11,580 nt of DNA from Methanobacteriota archaeon (GTDB taxonomy: Archaea; Undinarchaeota; Undinarchaeia; Undinarchaeales; Undinarchaeaceae): assembly GCA_002687935.1 (NCBI GenBank), contig NZBN01000005.1:2578-14157 (forward strand). The letters run 5' to 3'. Positions 8,316 through 11,580 of the stretch are shown here, piece after piece. The notes under the pieces are model-generated. The model saw nothing but the letters and a program-made list of their open reading frames with translations. It did no database searches and had not been told where the DNA came from. The first letter of the stretch is position 1, and every line of letters begins with the position of its first letter. A program made the position numbers and the translations under genes.

Positions 8316-9115
8316 TACGCTTCCTCTTTATCACTTTCTTCTTTTTTTTCTGCTGCCTGTTCCAACCCATGCTTCTCCTCCGTTTGTGTTGCTTTAAAAA
8401 GTTTCTTCTTCTCTTTGATATCAGCAAGAGTGTGTTCTACGGTAGAAGCTTCTATCTGGTGAGTAGTAATAACCCTACCCTTACTCTTCATATCGTTCAT
8501 ATCCATTAACTTATCCAATATGGATACTGCTATCTTGGAATCACCATCCTTACCCATCTTATCCCCATCCCAGTCCATAGCTCTGTCTAATACGGCTGCT
8601 AGGGCTCTAGCTGTATCCATCTTACCTATTGGAAATTGCTCGACTATCTTATCTAATTCATCGTTTACCATGCGTCTAAAGACCTCCATTCTCATTGTCT
8701 TATTTAGTGAATATCGTTTATTATCAGGCAAATGCCCGAATACTAACCTAATAGCAGCTTTCTTTGTCATACCAGGCTGTGCCATAAGATGTGCTAACTT
8801 CTTAAAGTTATCACTCTTCGACACAAACTTACCACGATTATTTTTACCACTCTCGGTATAGTTGTTAATTCTTCCTATTGATTTTATATCATCCTCACCA
8901 GAACGTACGAATGACGGCCCCCAAGGATACTTTACCTTGAGAGTCCCACCCTTCATTTGACTCCTCTTTAGGCATACGGATACCTCTTCATCTGACGATA
9001 TCCCGTAATCTCCCTCTGAAACATCAAAAGGGTGTTTATACGACAAACCCAGCTCATCCGCCTCTTTACGTGAATAAACTGGGTATTCTTTTCCAGATAC
9101 GATTTCGTATCTCAC
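8315..9115 (-). CDS. Probable terminase small subunit with an extra N-terminal region, 266 aa, GTG start
   Basis: Immediately upstream of terL with a TAATG overlap. Helical C-terminal half (TARALAAVLDRAMDW...IAVSILDKLMDM) followed by a charged tail. The start is uncertain because the SD-like GAGGT lies 15 nt upstream. Confidence 0.6.
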   Translation of the reverse strand: MRYEIVSGKEYPVYSRKEADELGLSYKHPFDVSEGDYGISSDEEVSVCLKRSQMKGGTLKVKYPWGPSFVRSGEDDIKSIGRINNYTESGKNNRGKFVSKSDNFKKLAHLMAQPGMTKKAAIRLVFGHLPDNKRYSLNKTMRMEVFRRMVNDELDKIVEQFPIGKMDTARALAAVLDRAMDWDGDKMGKDGDSKIAVSILDKLMDMNDMKSKGRVITTHQIEASTVEHTLADIKEKKKLFKATQTEEKHGLEQAAEKKEESDKEEA

Positions 9116-9124
9116 AAATAAAAG

Positions 9125-9232
9125 TTACTTACCTCTTTGACTATACGAACCACGTACAACCTCAGGGGCTTTCTTCTCAACTTTCTTTACAGCTTTTTTT
9201 ACAGCTTTCACTGCTTTTTTCTCTTTCGCCAT
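9125..9232 (-). CDS. 35-aa cationic peptide MAKEKKAVKAVKKAVKKVEKKAPEVVRGSYSQRGK (not in the ORF track)
   Basis: Strong SD AAGGAG 6 nt before the ATG at 9232; TAA at 9127-9125. Fills the endolysin-TerS gap. Net charge about +10. Confidence 0.8.
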   Translation of the reverse strand: MAKEKKAVKAVKKAVKKVEKKAPEVVRGSYSQRGK

Positions 9233-9258
9233 TCCTGACTCCTTCCATACAAGCATTA

Positions 9259-9729
9259 TTATGCTTCCATTGCTCGTCTAATCCAACCAACAATAAAGTC
9301 AGCTAGCTTAGGTTTTCTTGTTATCAGATCAGTGTAGAATAGAATCCTAAACACTTTTAGTCTTGAATCATCAATCCTTTTTGATTCTCTTAGAGTATTC
9401 CTTCCTATAAGACCATCTACGACTAACTTGCACCCCTTCGAGTTACAAGCTTTCTGTAAAATCTTTACAGCTCTTCGCTGTCCCATATTAACTACCATGT
9501 CAAAATATGTCTCTTGTAAACTACCTGGAAGAGAGGAAGCCTTTGATGGCGTCCAATACTCCTTCTCATATATCTCAGTAGCCCGTTCTTTCGTAAGATT
9601 CTTTATATCTTCCTTAGGATGACTCCTCTTAGCTATGCCATACTTAGTTTCCCCGCCAGGATCACTCGGATGGTCTACATATCCACCCTCTCTTTTAAGG
9701 ATACCACCTATTAAATCTTTAAACTCCAT
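9259..9729 (-). CDS. Endolysin, glycoside hydrolase family 108, with a peptidoglycan-binding C-terminal part, 156 aa
   Basis: Signature EGGYVDHPSDPGGETKYGI, then FDMVVNMG, AVKILQ...VDGLIG and a terminal GWIRRA. The ATG at 9729 overlaps the upstream TGA (TGATG), so it is preferred over the TTG at 9732. Confidence 0.92.
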   Translation of the reverse strand: MEFKDLIGGILKREGGYVDHPSDPGGETKYGIAKRSHPKEDIKNLTKERATEIYEKEYWTPSKASSLPGSLQETYFDMVVNMGQRRAVKILQKACNSKGCKLVVDGLIGRNTLRESKRIDDSRLKVFRILFYTDLITRKPKLADFIVGWIRRAMEA

Positions 9730-10034
9730 CAAGTATTTCTCCCGTTTATCCTACCTTTGAGATACGCAAGATCATCAGTAACATCGTTTAATTCTTTCAC
9801 AATATCTTCCCTATGTCTTTGACTAAGATCATCTGATTTATTCCATCTTTCGATCAATTTTATTGTAATCCCCTCAACATTTTGCATTGTCGTTTCAATT
9901 TTAGAAATATGCACTCTCATATCATCTAAATCTTCATTTTGGAGCTTCTGGCTCTTGATCAGATTCATTATCATCATTACAAACAATGATACAATTATTC
10001 CAATCGCACCGTACTCCATGTATACTTCCATCAT
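9729..10034 (-). CDS. Holin-like membrane protein, 101 aa (one N-terminal TM helix plus a coiled coil)
   Basis: Hydrophobic stretch YGAIGIIVSLFVMMIMNLI followed by a heptad-rich soluble region; translationally coupled to the endolysin. Confidence 0.65.
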   Translation of the reverse strand: MMEVYMEYGAIGIIVSLFVMMIMNLIKSQKLQNEDLDDMRVHISKIETTMQNVEGITIKLIERWNKSDDLSQRHREDIVKELNDVTDDLAYLKGRINGRNT

Positions 10035-10086
10035 ACAACTTTAGCCTTGCATCCCCAGTGTTATTCATAATCCACTCAACATTAGG

Positions 10087-10107
10087 AAAAATAAGAGGGG
10101 CCCCTCT
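10087..10107 (-). terminator. Possible weak intrinsic terminator or attenuator after the 71-aa gene
   Basis: Perfect 14-bp palindrome AGAGGGGCCCCTCT (10094-10107). On the minus strand it gives a 5-bp stem with a GGCC loop followed by UAUUUUU. Confidence 0.45.
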
Positions 10108-10321
10108 AAAACGGTACTTCATCGATCTCAGCATTAACGCTCGCATTGTGCGAGATTTCGCCATTATTAAGACTCTCGAAGAGTCCGACGACTCTGTGGT
10201 AATGATCTTCTCTTCTTGTCTGAGCCATGAAGCCCGTCATTTCTTCCATATCTCTATAAATCTTTTGATAATCCAACGATTCATCGCTTCTAATATAGTC
10301 ATTAATATTGAAACTAGACAA
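10106..10321 (-). CDS. Hypothetical acidic protein, 71 aa, TTG start, C-terminus IDEVPF
   Basis: SD AGGAG 7 nt before the TTG; the SD overlaps the stop codon of the upstream 44-aa gene. Composition is protein-like. Confidence 0.8.
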   Translation of the reverse strand: MSSFNINDYIRSDESLDYQKIYRDMEEMTGFMAQTRREDHYHRVVGLFESLNNGEISHNASVNAEIDEVPF

Positions 10322-10331
10322 TGATTTTCTC

Positions 10332-10466
10332 CTATTTCCCCTGACCTCTGTATCTCTTAGTATAACGCCTTTTAGAGCCCTTGTGACTGTATTTTGTTAG
10401 TTTACTACTCCCTTGAGTAGTCTTTTTACCTCGTTTCTGAGGTTTGTAACCCTGTGATGTCTGCAT
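10332..10466 (-). CDS. 44-aa very basic peptide MQTSQGYKPQKRGKKTTQGSSKLTKYSHKGSKRRYTKRYRGQGK (not in the ORF track)
   Basis: ATG at 10466, TAG at 10334-10332 fused to the next gene's SD (TAGGAG). 10 K, 5 R and no D/E. First ORF downstream of the leftward promoter. Its own SD is weak. Confidence 0.75.
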   Translation of the reverse strand: MQTSQGYKPQKRGKKTTQGSSKLTKYSHKGSKRRYTKRYRGQGK

Positions 10467-10525
10467 AATTAGAATCCAAAATCTTATCTTAAGAAGGAAG
10501 TCGTTTATTTTTACCTATAATTTAT

Positions 10526-10555
10526 ATAATAATATACACTATATGCAATAGTCAA
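10526..10555 (-). promoter_or_regulatory. Sigma70-like leftward promoter for the late operon
   Basis: TTGACT (10555-10550), an 18-nt spacer, then TATTAT (10531-10526), in an AT-rich context about 60 nt upstream of the ATG at 10466. Confidence 0.6.
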
Positions 10556-10615
10556 GGCTTACTTTATCCTTCTTCGTTAAGATTAACAATATCAACAGTA
10601 TAAGGAAACCCTGGA

Positions 10616-10759
10616 TTTTTTTAAAAAATATATTTTAGAATAGAGTAGGGAATCCTACTAGCTCGGTTTCCCAAAAATTAATTTAGATTGGGATTACGAG
10701 ATATACAGGTTGCTACACCCCCTCGAATTTCACGGGGTGGGTTGCCGTCCCCGTTGAAA
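10616..10759. repeat. Cluster of short inverted repeats and palindromes in the divergent intergenic region
   Basis: TTTTTTAAAAAA 10617-10628; AAAATATATTTT 10625-10636; AGTAGG-GAAT-CCTACT 10644-10659; TCCCAA...TTGGGA 10669-10693 enclosing AAATTAATTT; CACCCC...GGGGTG 10716-10739; TTTCACGGGG...CCCCGTTGAAA 10728-10759. Confidence 0.75.
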
Positions 10760-10793
10760 CTCTCGTTGGCTTGCAAGATAGCCCCCCTCTAAC

Positions 10794-10840
10794 TACTGCA
10801 AGTAGTTTAGCTTGCAGTATCATAGTATCTATGATATCTT
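10794..10840 (+). promoter_or_regulatory. Sigma70-like rightward promoter overlapped by two operator-like inverted repeats
   Basis: -35 TTGCAG (10812-10817), a 17-nt spacer, -10 TATCTT (10835-10840). IR1 is TACTGCAAG-N8-CTTGCAGTA (10794-10819); IR2 is TATCATAG-TAT-CTATGATA (10818-10836). Confidence 0.6.
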
Positions 10841-10866
10841 TCTCACTTAACCATAAGGTAAACCAT

Positions 10867-11235
10867 ATGGCTGACGCAATAAAGACTGAAAATAACATCG
10901 TAGACGATGCTACATTCAGCAATACTGCAGCAGGCACCACCTTCCGTGGCGACTTTGAACCAGAGCGTGACCGCACTGGCAAGATTCTGTACACACAGAA
11001 CTTCAAAGTACGCACACTGCAAGTTGACCGCACATTCCCAGCTGTTATCACAGCTAAGAGTGTTGCTAAGATTGCCAAGGCTTCAGAGAAGCTTGAGCAA
11101 CCTCTCAACTCTGCTGAAGGTGTTGATTACCGCCTTAGTGGCGAACCCACACAGTACGAAGGTACTGATGAGTTACCACCAGCGGCAATTGCCTACTATA
11201 AGCCTATCGTCCTCAGGGACTCCATCAGTTTCTGA
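10867..11235 (+). CDS. Hypothetical protein, 122 aa (MADAIKTENN...VLRDSISF), probably the first gene of the divergent (early?) module
   Basis: The ATG at 10867 has SD TAAGGT upstream and lies downstream of the predicted promoter, so the track's longer TTG start at 10771 is unlikely. Strongly biased codon usage; a terminator follows. Confidence 0.85.
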   Translation: MADAIKTENNIVDDATFSNTAAGTTFRGDFEPERDRTGKILYTQNFKVRTLQVDRTFPAVITAKSVAKIAKASEKLEQPLNSAEGVDYRLSGEPTQYEGTDELPPAAIAYYKPIVLRDSISF

Positions 11236-11257
11236 TGTAGGCTATGGTAGCACCTGC

Positions 11258-11307
11258 AAGATATACATACGAGCCTCGCAAGCTACGGATGTGTGTATAT
11301 CTTTTTT
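11258..11307 (+). terminator. Intrinsic terminator
   Basis: AAGATATACATAC (11258-11270) pairs with GTGTGTATATCTT (11291-11303; one G-U), running into a T6 tract at 11302-11307. Confidence 0.75.
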
Positions 11308-11395
11308 ATTGTCTGTATATAGAGTCAGGGCGTTATAACAGTAACGCATAGGCTAGTACAGGCATATAATCCAATAGATAAGAGGTAATTAAACT

Positions 11396-11580
11396 ATGAT
11401 AAATGGATATTTAGCAAAATATTTTAAACATATAGCAGGGTGGAGCAGTCTGGTAGCTCGTCAGGCTGATAACCTGAAGGTCGTAGGTTCGAATCCTATC
11501 CCTGCAACAACATTGCTGTTAGTATATTCTAAGCATAGACGTATGTTGAAGCTGTGGCTCGCTGCAATACGGGGTTCAAA
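11396..11580 (+). CDS. Possible ORF (>=61 codons, open at the window edge) reading through the tRNA: MINGYLAKYFKHIAGWSSLVARQADNLKVVGSNPIPATTLLLVYSKHRRMLKLWLAAIRGS...
   Basis: SD GAGGT at 11382-11386, ATG at 11396, and no in-frame stop to 11580. Coding status is doubtful because the middle is simply a translated tRNA. Confidence 0.3.
   Translation, partial: MINGYLAKYFKHIAGWSSLVARQADNLKVVGSNPIPATTLLLVYSKHRRMLKLWLAAIRGS
11434..11510 (+). tRNA. tRNA with initiator (fMet)-type body but a GAU (Ile) anticodon; encoded 3' end is CAA, not CCA
   Basis: Full cloverleaf. Acceptor AGCAGGG/CCCTGCA with an A1xA72 mismatch; D stem GAGC/GCTC; anticodon stem TCAGG/CCTGA with loop CT-GAT-AA (anticodon 11468-11470); T arm GTAGG-TTCGAAT-CCTAT; discriminator A73 at 11507. 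Confidence 0.9.

Larger units (their letters stand above)
1..11580. mobile_element. Tailed bacteriophage genome segment (lysis, packaging, head and head-tail module, plus the start of a divergent module with a tRNA)
   Basis: Canonical order TerS-TerL-portal-scaffold-capsid on one strand, plus holin/endolysin. No host housekeeping genes, integrase or att site are visible, so prophage versus free virus cannot be decided. Confidence 0.95.

Noticed and set aside
2013-9622. Track ORFs 2013-2207, 2581-2775, 3689-3913, 4236-4490, 4518-4769, 6661-6927, 7136-7348, 7430-7696, 7534-7953, 8189-8509, 8520-8861, 9070-9306 and 9428-9622
   Set aside because: All lie antisense to, or out of frame within, well-supported genes and have shadow-like composition.
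10017-10034. Holin dual-start motif (M-M-E-V-Y-M)
   Set aside because: Lambda-type dual starts add a positive residue (Met-Lys-Met); here the extension is acidic, so there is no support for a holin/antiholin pair.
9934-10324. Track ORFs 9934-10164 (-) and 9986-10324 (+)
   Set aside because: They overlap the holin-like and 71-aa genes, which have better SD and coupling evidence.
10404-10443. Terminator-like hairpin ACTACTC-CCTT-GAGTAGT-CTTTTT on the plus strand, plus an adjacent small hairpin
   Set aside because: It lies antisense within the 44-aa coding sequence, where the T-run is just AAA-AAG Lys codons; no plus-strand transcript is evident. An antisense terminator cannot be excluded.
10564-10620. 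Protein-like minus-strand frame KNPGFPYTVDIVNLNEEG
   Set aside because: Bounded by an in-frame TAA immediately upstream, with no start codon.
10713-11338. Track ORFs 10713-11108 (-), 10907-11338 (+) and the 10771 extension of the 122-aa gene
   Set aside because: Antisense or alternative frames kept open by the codon bias of the real gene; the extension crosses the predicted promoter and lacks an SD.
1-11580. CRISPR array, diversity-generating retroelement, introns/inteins or genome-wide stop-codon recoding
   Set aside because: The repeats are in-frame and degenerate with no spacers; no reverse transcriptase or homing endonuclease; TerL, portal and capsid are intact under the standard code, and TAA, TAG and TGA are all used as stops.

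Overview
This is a fragment of a tailed dsDNA phage genome (Caudoviricetes; P22-like portal suggests podovirus-type organisation), AT-rich, with Shine-Dalgarno-led genes and sigma70-like promoters. Positions 1-10466 are one tightly packed minus-strand late/morphogenesis operon. In transcription order: 44-aa basic peptide, 71-aa acidic protein ending DEVPF, holin-like protein, GH108 endolysin, 35-aa cationic peptide, probable TerS, TerL, portal, scaffold, major capsid protein, two small basic proteins, then a >=599-aa protein running off the left edge. That last protein is absent from the ORF track and looks like a head-tail adaptor domain fused to two different repeat arrays. A palindrome-rich intergenic region (about 10470-10866) holds divergent promoters. 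The plus-strand side starts with a 122-aa gene of distinct codon usage, a terminator, and a tRNA with initiator (fMet) architecture but a GAU (Ile) anticodon. That tRNA sits inside an SD-led open reading frame. All product calls come from motif recognition and gene order by eye; no searches were run.
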